From Laetmonice hystrix (lineage: Eukaryota), in assembly GCA_965235115.1 (NCBI GenBank), contig OZ249440.1, forward strand, positions 33,234,001 to 33,298,000: DNA of 64,000 bases, written 5' to 3'. Below, one piece after another: positions 1 through 13,359 of this stretch. Within the stretch, counting starts at the first letter, position 1; each line of letters starts with the position of its first letter. Made by a program: the position numbers and the translations under genes. The notes beneath the pieces were generated by a model. The model saw only the letters and a list, made by a program, of their open reading frames with translations. It searched no databases and was not told the origin of the DNA.

Positions 1-401
1 CATTATGCAGCAGCCCCAGCTGACCTTGCCAGCCGCCGTGGTCCCTGACCAGCTGGCCCTGCCTGAATTTTCAGGGGAGGGGGTCGATAATGGTGATGAC
101 TATGCAAATGAAATTTATGAAAGTAAAGATCATTTTCCAAGTATGACTACCTCTCATTATATTTCTGTCATTTACCTAATGATTGTTATCGATTCATGTC
201 GCAAATTTCTATTTCAGCTGAAGACTCTACGTATCCTCTCGCCAGGTAACTGTAGTAGGCATTAAAAATATGTCATTATTTTTCTTAAAATGCTATGTCA
301 AAATGTCTTTATTTCTCAAAATGTGGATATTTATTGTTGAATCATTCCTGTTCTTTAATAGAACTTCGGAGCTCATAGACGTGGAGGTGGCGGAGGAGGC
401 C

Positions 402-852
402 CTGTGCAGGTCTAAACTGACAACTGGTATAAACTGACAACAGTTGTCAGTTTAGATCCTGGTCTAAACTGACAAATAATGATTACTAGCCGCTGAAATG
501 GTAATCACTAATTTGAACTGATTCAGATGATGACAGTATCTAACGATAATTGCTCTCTGTGAAAGGCACTATAGAAATAAAGGTTCCACTTATGATTTTC
601 TCTAATAATATTGTTCTTACAGGTATTCCAAGTATTTTGTTAGATGCGACACACAAAACAACAAAATGTGCACTGCCAATATTTTTGGTTGATGTTAGAA
701 GCAATGCCGGCTACATTCCTGTCATGGAGAATCTATTCATATTAGTGATTAACATTCCAGCACTATAGTGATCATTATTTGTCAGTTTAGACCTAGATCT
801 AAACTGACAACTGTTGTCAGTTTAAAGCAGTTGTCAGTTAAGACCTGCACAG
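402..852. mobile_element. MITE with long TIRs, inserted into an apparent exon
   Basis: CTGTGCAGGTCTAAACTGACAACTG at the left end and its near reverse complement at the right end. Flanked by GCC on both sides (399-401, 853-855). Internal AAACTGACAA subrepeats. Confidence 0.75.
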
Positions 853-983
853 GCCCCCCCTCAAGTGGAGCCCTTCCACCCCCTGAGGGTGAGTATCAGT
901 TAAATCAGACTTATACAGTGTCTCAATGTGGTGTCAGTGACAGAAACAAATATATTTAATAAGCACCCCTTTTGTGTATTATA

Positions 984-1920
984 GCAGCAAAGGTGTTGCT
1001 GAAACGCCTCCCACCAGCTGTTGTGGCCACAGGACACGTTGCAGTGAAGGGCACTCTGTTCCGAGGTGAGTACAAAACCAACCTGAATGACTACAAGGAC
1101 TTCACTTGCCATGTCGTCTATGTTGCAATAACGTCATGATGTCTTTCTTCATTACTTCAGAAGAAAATATATCAAGGGCGCTCGGGATACTGGCCGACGC
1201 GGGCATATTAAAACAGATGTCCGAGTCTGCCAAAGGTTATGACGTGCCTGGTCTACGGAGCGCCATGGCTATATATTTTGGTGGCCTATCAAAGGTTGAT
1301 GAGTTGTGGCAGGAGGCACACAGCGTGCTCGACTTGGACCTTCTGACGCAAATCCTGATCAAGGAGCACAACCCCAGCCAGCTAGGGCTGCGAGAGAAAT
1401 TCCGATTCACCCAGCTTGTGGCATCATTTCTTGGTGAGTATATTGCAGCTTTTGACGAATTTCCTAAATAAATGGCAAAATAAATAGATGTTTATAGATT
1501 GTAAATAACACCATATTCCTGATATTTCAGTCCACCGCCTGAGAGGAGTGCCTGACAATGAGGTACTAACTTCACTGGAGGCATCGACAAACGTAAGTAA
1601 ACCTAAAATTTTGCAAAACGTATGCTTAGGAACATTCATGGCTGCAGGTTTTGTTGTTTATGTTTCAATATCTCCAACAGGAATGCCCATCTACCATTAG
1701 CCACCCAAAGAGGAGGTGGTCATCCCAGACAAGGGATCTGATCCGGGCAGCATTCAAGGATCAACGGGAACGATTTGGGGCGGCCATAATAAGAAGAGAG
1801 TTGGCCTCCAACCATCTACTGAGGGAGGCAGTGGCCCTGGAGGCTGCTGACTTCAGTAGCAGCCAAAAGGTTAAGTCTGTCGTGGACACTTGCCGTGCCC
1901 TCTTCAAGAGGAAGTCCTAA
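984..1920 (+). CDS. 3' exons of an unknown multi-exon gene (approx. 984-1065, 1161-1433, 1531-1591, 1681-1920; further small exons upstream)
   Basis: AG/GT-bounded exons with compatible phases (...FR|EENISRALGIL...VASFL|VHRLRGV...STN|ECPSTISHPKRRWSSQTRDLIRAAF...KRKS*). AATAAA at ~1931. The C-terminal helical segment looks Myb/SANT-like. Confidence 0.6.
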
Positions 1921-1963
1921 AGCAAAGGTAAATAAAGAATGGATCTTTTTTTTTTATTCTGGG

Positions 1964-1965
<2 letters not shown>

Positions 1966-2018
<53 letters not shown>
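1966..2018. repeat. (ATT)n microsatellite
   Basis: Direct reading of the sequence. Confidence 0.95.
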
Positions 2019-2019
<1 letters not shown>

Positions 2020-2379
2020 GCGACATCGTTTAAATTGGTGTGCATGACAACTTTCTAGATATACTTTATCACAAATTCACAATATATATTAAGCTTATTT
2101 CAGACAGGGCAACACCAAGCAACGAGTGGACATGTTTGAGGAGCTGTAGACCTGTGCTGCCAACACCGCCATATCAGATTCTCCACTTTATCCCGGAAAA
2201 CCAAGTTTATATTTGTATTTTGAATTATATTCAATTTTGAGGACGTTCTGAATGATAGCATCGGGTGATTCTTGTACACCTGCTGCAACCAGCCAAGGAA
2301 CAGATGAATTCACGCTCCTAGAAATGAATAAAAAGAACCTGAGAACTGAGAAAAAGTGTAATCTCCAGTCAGTGTCCTC

Positions 2380-3150
2380 CAGTTAGTGTCGTGTCATGTC
2401 CCCCATTCAGTGTCAGGTCCTCCCGTCCGTGTCATGTCCTCCTGTTACTGTCATGTCCTCCCATCTATGTCATGTCCTTCAGTAAGTGTCATGTCCTCCA
2501 GTCAGTGTCAGGTCCTTCTGCAGTCCATGTCCTGTCCTCCAGTCCCTGTCATTGCCCCAATACGTGTCATGTCCTCCAGTCCGTGTCATGTCCTCCAGTC
2601 CGTGTCATATCCCCAATACGTGTCATGTCCTCCAGTCCGTGTCATGTCCCCAATACGTGTCATGTCCTTCAGTTAGTGTCAGGTCCTTCTGCAGTCCGTG
2701 TCATGTCCTCCAGTCCGTGTCATGTCCAGAATACGTGTCATGTCCTCCAGTCCGTGTCATGTCCCCAATACGTGTCATGTCCTCCAGTCCGTGTCATGTC
2801 CTCCAGTCCGTGTCATGTCCCCAATACGTGTCATGTCCCCCAGTCCGTGTCATGTCCCCAATACGTGTCATGTCCCCAATACGTGTCATGTCCTCCAGTC
2901 CGTGCCATGTCCCCCAGTCAGTGTCAGGTCCTTCTGCAGTCCGTGTCATGTCCTCCAGTCCGTGTCATATCCCCAGTCCGTGTCATATCCCCAATACGTG
3001 TCATGTCCTCCAGTCCGTGTCATGTCCCCAATACGTGTCATGTCCTCCAGTCCGTGTCATATCCCCAATACGTGTCATGTCCTCCAGTCCGTGTCATGTC
3101 CCCAATACGTGTCATGTCCTCCAGTCCGTGTCATGTCCTCCCTTCAGTGT
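2380..3150. repeat. Minisatellite of interspersed 18-bp and 19-bp variant units
   Basis: Units GTGTCATGTCCTCCAGTCC and GTGTCATGTCCCCAATAC, with occasional GTGTCAGGTCCTTCTGCAGTCC. The overlapping ORFs are repeat artefacts. Confidence 0.95.
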
Positions 3151-3164
3151 CATATCTACAGTGT

Positions 3165-4135
3165 ACAGGGCTGCCACCAGGTGGCGAATGGGTCATGGTT
3201 GAGAATTCTAGGTTATATTTCACCTTGATCCCAAAGGTCAGGATTAGGGTTAGAGTGTGCCAAACGCTTCTCCATATGGGATTTATTATTATTGCATATA
3301 GAACCTAAGGCCTCAGACCAATATAAAACCTACTTCCGGTTCCTAACCCTACTTCTGGTTTAGGGGTAGTCCACATGAGGCCCAAATTCGGGGTTTGCCC
3401 ACAAAGCTAGTTCCTATTGACCCAAAGGTTTAGGGTGAAATCTGAGGGTGCCAAACGATTTTTCCATATATGATTTCCTATTAGTGCTTAATACAAACCT
3501 AAGGCCTCAGACCAATATAAAACCTACTTCCGGTTCCTACCCCCTACTTCCGGTTTGGGGGTAGTCCACATGTGGCCCAACATTTAATACCTTTTCCAAA
3601 AATACCCACAGTTAGGTCTATTATACGGTGAGGACCAGTCTGAATTGATACTTCCAAATCTAGACAGTTTATTCTATGGTCATAATACATATTCATTCAT
3701 CAACAGTGCTTATTTGAGAAATTGAATGGAAATGAAAGTCAGAAAAATTGTGAAGATCATTAAATAAAAAAATGGAATATTTTTCAAGCCTCAATAAGTC
3801 AAAAATGCACAAACACAGAGGGTATTCAAATATACCTAATTGAAGCAGAAATTATTCCGATTCATAACCAATCGTGAATGGACACACTAACTCCTAATTA
3901 AAGAAACTAATGAATTTATTGATAATATTAATATGCATCACTCCACGTAAGGCCCAGCCCAATCCACCTAAGGCCCAGAACAGTCCACATAAGGCCCAGC
4001 CAATCCACATAAGACCCAGACCGATCCACGTAAGGCCCAACATTTTCAGGTGCTTGGTCCTTACGTGGATTTTTTTGGGCCTTACGTGGACTATAATGTA
4101 TTTAACCATAACCCTAACATTAATGCCCCCATGTT
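3165..4135. repeat. Helitron/Helentron-like non-autonomous repeat
   Basis: TTAGGG/CCTAAC-like tracts, an ~85-bp duplication (3302-3385 and 3496-3580), and 21-bp CCACGTAAGGCCCA repeats with inverted copies at 3944-4092. Confidence 0.4.
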
Positions 4136-4429
4136 TGTTGAAAATTTCAAGGAAATTCATTGAAAATCATAAAAACTGCATTGGTTTGAATTAGCATTAT
4201 GTTCTAAGGTCAATTCAAACCTTTTCATGACACAATTTTTTCAGGCTTTGTTAGGCAAATTACTATTACGAAAAGGGACGTAAACGGGCAACTTCAAAAT
4301 GCCATATCTCTGGTTCTATTCATCCGATTTTTAAAAATGAGGTGTTTTTTAAAGCATTTTGCAGCCTCTCTCTGCTAAAATTACAATTACATGCTTTCTG
4401 AGGGTTTGAAAAAAATGTCCAAGTGGCTA

Positions 4430-6690
4430 CCTATGGCTCCCTGATTGTCCAAAAACTGATTCAGACGGTCATTTATGCGAGAAGTAAACAATTTCCCAAC
4501 ACAGCTAAGAACTGCTATGCCCCTATAGTTTTTTTGGTCATTTAAGCTTCCCCTTTCTTTGTAAATGGGAGTTATAACCCCTAAAGACCAACTACTTGGC
4601 ACTTTTCCAGACCACAAAATAGTATTGAAGAAAACAGTAAGAACCTCCACAACTGTAGATGGTGAATATTTCAAAAATATTTTTTGGTCTTTTTAATTTG
4701 TTTCATAATCTCTTCAAACGTGAAAGGAGTATTTATTTCCATATTCGTCTCACTTGTTACCAGCCGTGGATCAATACCTACGTCCTCTTCATTATCATCA
4801 CCACATAAATCTTTAAAATATTTTGCAAGTGTTTCCACCGTAACCTTACATTCTCGTGTATTTTGCAATTTGCATTCCCTGTTCAGGATATTCCAAAACT
4901 CCTTCGTGTTTGTTGAGCGTAGATTTCTTAACTTGTTGTTTGCTTCTCTATAATATTTTTTTGCTTTCTTATGAATTAATTTTTTGTATCCTTTAAATTT
5001 GTTATGTAACTCTCTTTGTAGTTCAGTTGATCTAAAGTATTGGGTACGAGACTTTGCACATTCTTTATCGAATGCTTTCTTTTGGCATTTCTTGTACACT
5101 TTGTTCTCCTTGCTTAGTCTGTATACCTTTTCCATTCCACAGAGTGCCGCTGGGGTACTATAAATATCACAGAGTTCGTTGGCACACAAGTCAATTTCAT
5201 CCTGTGAGATAGTCTCAGTATTACAATCATTTAGATAGCTGTGCAGCCTTTCTAAGTCAAGTCTAAGTCAAAGGATTCCCTATACAAGTTACGAAGTGAT
5301 TGGTCCCACTTTGTTTTTAATACAGTTTCCTCAAAGGTAGGAGACATCATTGTCGGCCATATATTCCACTGGTTCATGATGGTCTACCATATGACATAAA
5401 GTAAAAGTCAGGGGGCTGTGGACATCAGAAAGAAACTTGTCAAATTCGTCAACCTCGAGGTCTCCTATACATGTGAAACTACTCGGTGAACCTCGAGGTC
5501 TACTATACATGTGAAACTACTCGGTGAACCTCGAGGTCTACTATACAATGTGAAACTACTCGGTGAACCTTGAGGTCTACTATACATGTAAAACTACTTG
5601 GTGAACCTCGAGGTCTATTATACATGTGAAACTACTCGGTGAACCTCGAGGTCTACTATACATGTGAAACTACTCGGTGAACCTCGAGGTCTACTATACA
5701 ATGTGAAACTACTCGGTGAACCTTGAGGTCTACTATACAATGTGAAACTACTCGGTGAACCTCGAGGTCTACTATACATGTGAAACTACTCGGTGAACCT
5801 CGAGGTCTACTATACATGTGAAACTACTCGGTGAACCTTGAGGTCTACTATACATGTAAAACTACTTGGTGAACCTCGAGGTCTACTATACATGTGAAAC
5901 TACTTGGTGAAGCTATAAGGTAGGCCACCGTGCAGGCATTTTTACATGTCAATTTTCCTTTTCCTTTATCATTTCCCACTCTACCATTTGCAATGTGTAA
6001 ATCAGTAGCTTTACAAAACTCAACCATACGTCGACCATTGTTGTTCACTAGTGTATCTTCATTAAATCTCTGTACTTCTATACCTTTATCAATCATATCC
6101 AACTTGGAAATATATAACTCTTCATCAATAGTATCAATACCGGTGCACTCAGCCACGAGGTCTTCTATACTGTAAAATCATCTAACACACCAGTCCTAGC
6201 ATTGAAGTCCCCCGTGAGAAAGATTAACGGGTCGTTGTAGTGGGCATTTATGTCCATTATATCTTCCGCAATGTCTTTATATAGATCTTCCTCAGAGTAT
6301 TTAGAGCCTTCATGGGGTAAAGATAAAGTGCCTAGTATGAATTTATACCCCAGTATTTTCTTTTCAAACTTTAACCACAGAGCCAGGTCACATGTTGTAT
6401 TTGAAACTTCAGATACATATGTAGCAATATCGGCGGTAACAAAAGTGACCAAACCATGTATCCCCCTTAATGTGTACGTTTTGTTATTACCTTTATGATA
6501 TTTTGGGATGAATCCCGGTAAGTCGCTGACAAAGTAGGCACCCCTCTTCGTCTCAGTAAGGCAGAGTATATCATATTCTTCGACATACTGTGAGAAAATA
6601 TGGTTCTCCAATTTACTAGTTAAACCACATACATTTAACGTACAGAATTTTAGCTGTCTCTTAATAGTTTCGTTAAACAGTCTAGCGTCG
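4430..6690 (-). pseudogene. LINE ORF2 (AP endonuclease plus N-terminal RT), broken
   Basis: ORF pieces 6165-6611, 5848-6156, 4671-5189 and 4387-4674 carry collinear APE and RT motifs. Confidence 0.85.
5450..5912. repeat. 38-bp tandem repeat (~12 copies) inside LINE ORF2
   Basis: Unit GAACCTCGAGGTCTACTATACATGTGAAACTACTCGGT; some copies are 39 bp. Confidence 0.95.
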
Positions 6691-6698
6691 GCTCCATC

Positions 6699-7626
6699 CT
6701 AGGCGTCCCTCATACCTCTGGGTGATCCGTGCCCTACTCTTCCAGAAGCATTGTTCCGTCCTTGGTGGCTCAGGCCACGCCCCCCGTCTTCATCTCTATT
6801 CCTAATACGGCCATTGCTTAGGATCCTGAATCTTTCGCCGTTTGGGATTTGCTTCAAAATCTCTTTAAAATTAAAGCGCATCTTTCTTTACGCGTGTGGA
6901 AATGATGATCTCAGGAAATTCTCGGGATGTCTAGCCCTGAGATTAATCTTTGCTCGTAGCACCTGGACCTGAATCTTCAGAATTCCTGGTCTGGACGGGG
7001 TCCTTGATTGGAGGCGGGCTGCTCGTACTACTCCCACATGCGGTAGCCCCAGGTCATTGCTCATGATCGCTTGTGCCACACTTTGGGGCTCTTCGTCAGG
7101 AGTCACCTGGACTCCGCTCGCCACCACCGTGACCTCTGGATCGAACTGCCGCTCCGACTTCTTTTCTATAGCTTCGACCCGGTCTTCCAGTCCGTCGACT
7201 CTGGCAAAAACGATGCTTAACTCCGCGTCCACTATTTGTTTCTACAAGAGTATCCAGAGTATCTATAACATGTTTCTTGATGGCGGCTTTGAGCTTGCCA
7301 AACTGCGCGTCCATTCCGTCTTTCATCTCAACAATAAGCTTTCGTAACTCAGCAATTTCCACCTGTACAGGGGCGGCCGTGTCGTGTACCGGGTCTGCAC
7401 TCCGTGCTGGCGGTCCATACACATTGGTCAGCGTGTCCATGTTGGTCACCGTGGTTGTTTCGCTCTCTGGGCCGGGGCTTTCACGGCTAGTTCCATCATG
7501 GGCCAATGATCCCTCACTACGAGCACGTTGAAAGGGCGGTGATAGGCCAGGTAGTGTGGCTATCAGTTGTGAAAAATTCCTTTTCTTCGTACTTGTCATG
7601 TCAACCGGGTACAAAACCGGGTCCAA
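6699..7626 (-). pseudogene. LINE ORF1 (frameshifted)
   Basis: Three overlapping ORF pieces (7096-7626, 6888-7232, 6699-6881) giving a coiled coil (VDGLEDRVEAIEKK), an RRM-like part and a basic tail, directly before the APE domain. Confidence 0.7.
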
Positions 7627-7718
7627 AAACCATGAAAAAAACGCAAAAGGTTGGAGCTACGTACATACTGCATGCTGCTCCCTGCGGTCCAGCAAACACC
7701 CGGTTGCCGGATGCTACT

Positions 7719-8531
7719 TGTGATGTGTGTGAGGTAGAATTCCTCAGTGTAGGATAGTTCTAATCCGCCATGTGGCGCTGTGGTCTGGTAGGTAAATGTT
7801 TCCGCCAGAGGGAGCTTCAGTGGGAGGTTCCGGGTTTTCTCTGTGAGACCAGAAAGTTCCCGTAATAGTTGGAAATTGGAAAGTTCTCAAACAACTAGAA
7901 TTATCCAGTGACAGTCGAACATTCTACAAGGAGAAGGTTCTTAAACTGAAGGTATATAAGCTGGTAGAACTGGTGATGCGAGGAGACTTGCGTTGAGATC
8001 TAACAGAGAGTGTAGTTTAGTGACTACGTTGGAACAAGACCTGATTGACGATTGTGAGACTGTGTATTATCGCTCAGTGTGGGATTACGAAAGCTGTCAT
8101 ATTTGGGCGTTGAGCTGTACTGAAGTTGGCGACTTCAATAGGAAGATTTATCCACGGATTCCTGGAGTACGTATCTGAACTTGTGCTGTGGACATTGTGC
8201 TTGTGAAAACGACGGAGGAAAACAACTGGAACTTTATGTGAACTTTGGATTTACGTGTTGGCATTGTGCTTGTGAAATCCACAGAGGAAACAAACTGGAA
8301 CTTTATTCGAACTCTGATTTGGATTTACGTATGAACTGAGAACGTTCTGGAATTGCAGACGGGACAATAGACCACAATAGATGGTAGGAACATTCCAGAA
8401 GGTAAAACACTGAGTTTTATGATTGTGAATCAGACCTTATTTTGTTATTATTGTGTAACTGTGAGGATTCATTAAATGGTTTAAAATTAAATTCTGGGTG
8501 TTTGTCATCTACTGCCGTTGGCCACGTAACA
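7719..8531 (+). mobile_element. Solo LTR (Gypsy-like, 4-bp TSD)
   Basis: TGT...ACA termini flanked by TACT on both sides (7715-7718, 8532-8535). TATATAA near 7953 and ATTAAA near 8471. No internal coding region. Confidence 0.8.
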
Positions 8532-8629
8532 TACTCAGTAGGGACCGCTGACGCTGTGTTCTATAAATGACGTCACGGTCTTGGCGGGAGTGTGAGGGGA
8601 CTTGACTGGATCTCGAGTTACGGTAGATC

Positions 8630-10095
8630 GGCCATGATAACTTGTCACCAAAAAAGTGGCCCACGAAATCCAGAGCGAACGAGACACTTGGTGGAAGTCA
8701 ACTGTTATACCTCCTGGGTGCACATGTAAATTACTTTATCTATCAATATCAATAATTTTGAGTACCTATATGGAGATCATGTCTGGACGACTGAACCGAC
8801 ACCGACACCATGGACGAGGTCCTAGCATAATGTGGTATAATCTATAGATAGGCCTATGTAATAGTAAATTATATCAATAAACCATATCAATATTCCATAT
8901 CTATTAATTTGGCCTATACGAATCAACGGTGGGCCCGGGCGAAGCTACAAGGTAGGTACCGACAGCCGACACCGACGACACTTAACGGATGCAAAAAGCA
9001 GGGACACACAGGTGCTGGTATTTGGTATTCGTAACGACAGCCGACACCAACACTTGGTGCTTGTTAGAGTTATAGATATATGTCTGAACGACACCGACAC
9101 CATGAAGAGGTCCAGGCATAATGTATGCATACTGGTAAACGTATGGGATATAAATATACCATATCAAAATTTCATATCTATCAATTTTGCCATAGGACAC
9201 AACTGTCGGCCCGGCCGGAACTGTAGGGCAGCTTCGTTGGTGGGTACCGAATTGGAGGTATAGATCTACCGACAGCAGACACCGACGACACTTGACGGAT
9301 GCATAAACCTAAAGCAGGAACAGACGGGTTGTGAGTCGGTATACCGACAGCCGACACCGACACTTGGTGCTCGTTGGAACAATGGCGGATGGGGGGGGGG
9401 GGAGTTCCCCCCAGTGTATATCTGGACGACTGAACCGACACCGACACCATGGAAAGGTCCTGGCCTAATGTATGATAATGCATAAATGTATGGGATATCA
9501 ATATACCATATCAATTTTTCATATCTATATATTTTGCCCGGGCCCGGGCAGAACTGCAAGGGCGGCTTCGTTGGAGGGTAGCGAATAGGAGCTAGATTTA
9601 CTGACAGCCGACACCGACGACACTTGACGGATGGAAAAAGGCAGGCACACACGGGTTGGCATGCAGTCGGTATTTGTACCGACAGCCGGGGATCTGCGGG
9701 GGGGGGGGGGGGGGGGGGGTTGAGGTGAGTGCAACCCCCACCCCCACCCCCACCCCTCGTATATGTCTGGACGACTGAACCGACACCGACACCATGGCGA
9801 GGTCCTGGCATAATGTATGCATAATGGTAAATGTATGGGGGAAATCCATATACCATATCAATATTTCATATCTACTAATTTTGCCATAGTATGACACCAG
9901 GTGCAACTGTGGGTGGGCGGAACTGCAAGGTATAGGCTTCATTGGTGGGTAGCGAATTGGAGTTAGATCTACCGACAGCCGACACCGACGACACTTGACG
10001 GATGCAAAAGGCAGGAACACACGGGTTGGGATTAGGTATTCGTACCGACAGCCGACACCGACACTTGGTACTCGTTGGAGCAGCACTTGGCGGAT
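8630..10095 (-). repeat. Tandem ~300-345-bp units of a non-autonomous repeat family (core CCGACAGCCGACACCGACGACAC)
   Basis: TCTGGACGACTGAACCGACACCGACACCATGG recurs at ~8782, 9082, 9421 and 9767. Reverse-complement homology to 31770-32367. Confidence 0.8.
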
Positions 10096-10744
10096 CTGGG
10101 GGGGACCCTGGATTCGAACAGTAATTATAGTACATCGGGCCCGAAAGGGTCTACTCAGTCGTCCAGCAGCAAGATAACGCCGGGCCATGCAATAGACGAA
10201 AAGAAGACCAAAATGGCCACAGTCGCAATAAAAGTGTCCAAAAACTACTTTGGGTGCCCCCCAAAAAACAAATTACGGGATCCCCCACTTACCCTCATTC
10301 CCCCCTTAGGCCTACTCGTCTCTCGCAGCCCCAGCGTGCCTCCATTCACCCATGGGGGTGCATGTGGACCCCAGTTGAGTCCTGTAGCGCAATTATAGTA
10401 GTCCATCCAAAATAGTAGTCACTTTTTAAAAATACCGCCCGGGTCATTCGCTATTTCCCACGTGAGACAGCGGGAGCTATATCTATTAATAGATTGAGAT
10501 TAGGGCCAAATAGGGTAAACAAACGGACGAAGCCAGCGGGAGAATGTCTCTACATTTCGGTTGATTATTCCTTTATCAAAGATCAGATAATCACGGAATT
10601 GTAGGTAAGAACAAGCTTGTTCATGCTGAACACCTAAATATTGATAGTTTGAACTTTTCTATTCCCTTTAAGTTTAGGAGAGCCATCTTGGTGCCAGAGA
10701 CGATTCAGCTGTTACCAAATCCAAAGTTGCTAAAATGAATAATT

Positions 10745-13075
10745 AGGTCAATGTGGCCGCCCGGGGGTAGGCCCTACCCCATGTCCCAGGATATTAACGT
10801 GGCCCCGGCGAGAAGTCGGGTTCGCAGGGAAATTGGAACTGCTACTAGCCCTAACCTTAACCTTAACTCTAACCCCACAAATTGTTTCCATATGCCCTAA
10901 CCTTACCCTTAACCCGGGTAGTGTTTGCACATGTAAATGAAGGCTATTAAGATTGATAATATTCAAAGAGGCCTAATATAATATGAATGTATATTTGTTA
11001 CGTCACAGCTGTATCAGAACCAGCTTGTTGACCTTGTAGCCATTGGATTGGCTACCTGACGCTGATTTGATGTTAAACGGTATATGTTTTCTGTGATTTC
11101 TACACTCAGAAATAACTAAAGTTGCGTTCGTCGGGAGATTGGAACTACTATACTAACTCTAACCTTAACCTTATATAGGCCTGTATTCAAAGACGTTCCT
11201 CCACTCACACTCAGTGAGGAACTCCTCATCCTCAATGAGGTCGACCTCATACTCATTGAGGAATAGGTTGACCTCACTGAGTGTGAGGTCGACCTCACCT
11301 CTGTTCCATTTCACAGACGTCTCTCACCCTCAAGTAAGTGTCCCTCTCTGAGGAAAACCTGAGGAAGGTCCACACCTGCCTTGAGCATTCCTCGACGGTA
11401 CAAACATGGCCTTCAGGTGGTTGGGTAGACTTGACAATCTTCAGATTTTGCAGAATGCAAGACGCAGGAGTGTCATTCCGAATTACAATTTTGACTACAA
11501 TGTATATGACGATGAACAATTCCGTCAAAGATACCGTTTAACAAAAAAACGCGTTTTCACGAGCTGTTAGAAATAATCAGTCATGAATTACAACCGTACA
11601 ACAACCATAGAAGACCTATTCCAATAAAATTACGTTAAAATTAGGATAAATTAAAATAAATTAAAGTAAAATAAAATTAAGTTTAAAATAAAATAAAAAT
11701 AATAATAAAAAATAATAATAAAAAAAAATAAATAAATAAAAACAATGCACTGTCAGACAGACCAAATGGACGAATCCCACTAGGCAATGATTCAGTAGAT
11801 TACACAACGGCATTTATTTATAACTTTAGTCTGCTAGTACACAATGGAGGCTGACCTCAATCAAGTGTGACTTGAGGAAGGTCTGTGAATAGCAAATTGC
11901 AAGTAGGAGTGCAAGGTTGACCTCACACTCATGAAGGATGAGGTCGACCTTACACTCTCCCTCGAGTTATCCTTGAGTACTCCTCAGTGGAGTTTGAGTG
12001 GAGGATGAGGTTGAGTGATGTCCGTGAATACGGGCCTAACTCTCACCCCACAAATTGTTTCCGCATATCGACCTCCCCCCTGGACCCAGGTTATTGACGT
12101 GGCCCCGGCGAGAAGTCGGGTTTGCCGGGAGGTTGGAACTACTACTAACCCTAACCTTAACTCTAACTCCACAAATTGTTTCCATATCGGCTAAACCTCC
12201 CCACACCCCTCCAGCCCCCCCCCCCCCCCCCCCCCCCCCAAGTCCCGGGATATTAACGTCGCCCCGGCGGGAAGTTGGGTTCGCCGGGAGATTGGAACTA
12301 CAACTAACCCTAACCTTAACTCTAACCCCACAAATGGTTTCCATATGGCCGCCCGGGGGTAGTGTTTGCACATGTAAATGAAGGCTATTAAGATTGATAA
12401 TATTCATATAGGCCTAATATAATATGAATGTATATTAAATTTTGTTAGGTCACTGCTGTATCATCCTCGTTGACCACTACCTTACGCTGATTTGATGTTA
12501 AACGGTATATGTTTTCTGTGATTTCTACTCAGAAATAACTAAAGTTGCGTTCGTCGGGAGATTGGAACTACTATACTAACTCTAACCTTAACCTTAACTC
12601 TAACCCCACAAATTGTTTCCGCATATCAACACTCCCCGACCCAGGTTATTGACGTGGCCCCGGCGAGAAGTCGGGTTCGTCGGGAGGTTGGAACTACAAC
12701 TAACCCTAACCTTAACCTTAACTATAACCCCACAAATTGTTTCCATATTGGCCAAACCTCCCCACACCCCTCCAGCACCCCCCCCCCCCCCCACCTGGCC
12801 CAGGCTATTAAGGTCGCACCGCCAACTTTACCTAAGGAAGTATGACTAAGGTTTTGGCTACCCAGACTTTACAGGACAAAGATTGCTCCATTATTGGTTT
12901 TAACATGGCTTGTTCCCTAATACAATTTATTTCAATATGGATAGTTGTATATGAAATGCACTGGCCCCAGCCCCCAGTCCCTACACCTCCCAAAAACATA
13001 TCCCTATCCCTGACCTTAACCCTAACCCCTGCCAAAACATTTCGTGGGAAAGTTATCGTGGGGGAAGAACCCTAA
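10745..13075. repeat. Helentron/HINE-like tandem repeat with CCCTAACCTTAA tracts
   Basis: GGCCCCGGCGAGAAGTCGGGTTCG...AACCCTAACCTTAAC...CCCACAAATTGTTTCC units. Block ~10915-11172 is duplicated at ~12355-12596. Confidence 0.6.
11178..12036 (+). mobile_element. PIF/Harbinger deletion derivative
   Basis: TIR GGCC(T/C)GTATTCA at both ends. Internal remnant at ~11503-11590 reads YDDEQFRQRYRLTKK / FHELLEIISHEL, resembling the Harbinger transposase N-terminus. It interrupts one copy of a duplicated block. Confidence 0.7.
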
Positions 13076-13359
13076 TGTAGTCTAATGTGGTGGGGTACAG
13101 TGGTCTGCGCCATGTAGGCCTAGATTGTCGATGTGTACCTCCACAGCGGGCAGTCTGTGTGGGATTTGGAAAGCTTCCAAAATGGAATCTTGCAGAATCT
13201 TTGATTACCAAGCACGACCCTTCATGGACCTACCAAAGGCATTCAGCCATTTCAGGGAACCATTTTATAGTGCACTGCAAGAGTGAACCTCGTTAATATT
13301 CTAGGTATTTGGTTGGGGTGGTTACCGCCGGAATGTTTGTAGTTAGAGGTATAGTGTTT

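Larger units (their letters stand above)
4430..7685 (-). mobile_element. Degenerate non-LTR retrotransposon (CR1/L2 group) with ORF1 and APE-RT ORF2; RT truncated near 4430
   Basis: APE motifs LNVCGL, LCLTETK, GDFNARTG, NNNGRRMVEFC...NGR. RT N-terminus WSLGVITPIYK..NYRGIAVLSCVGKLFT. Coiled-coil ORF1 upstream. Many frameshifts. Confidence 0.9.

Noticed and set aside
2386..3308. Cys/Pro/Ser-rich ORFs up to 305 aa
   Set aside because: Open in several frames because of the minisatellite; no splice or domain evidence.
5450..5912. CRISPR-sized 38-bp repeats
   Set aside because: Head-to-tail with no spacers, and derived from LINE ORF2.
10840..13030. Telomere-like CCCTAA tracts
   Set aside because: Short, degenerate and embedded in dispersed repeat units; not a telomere.
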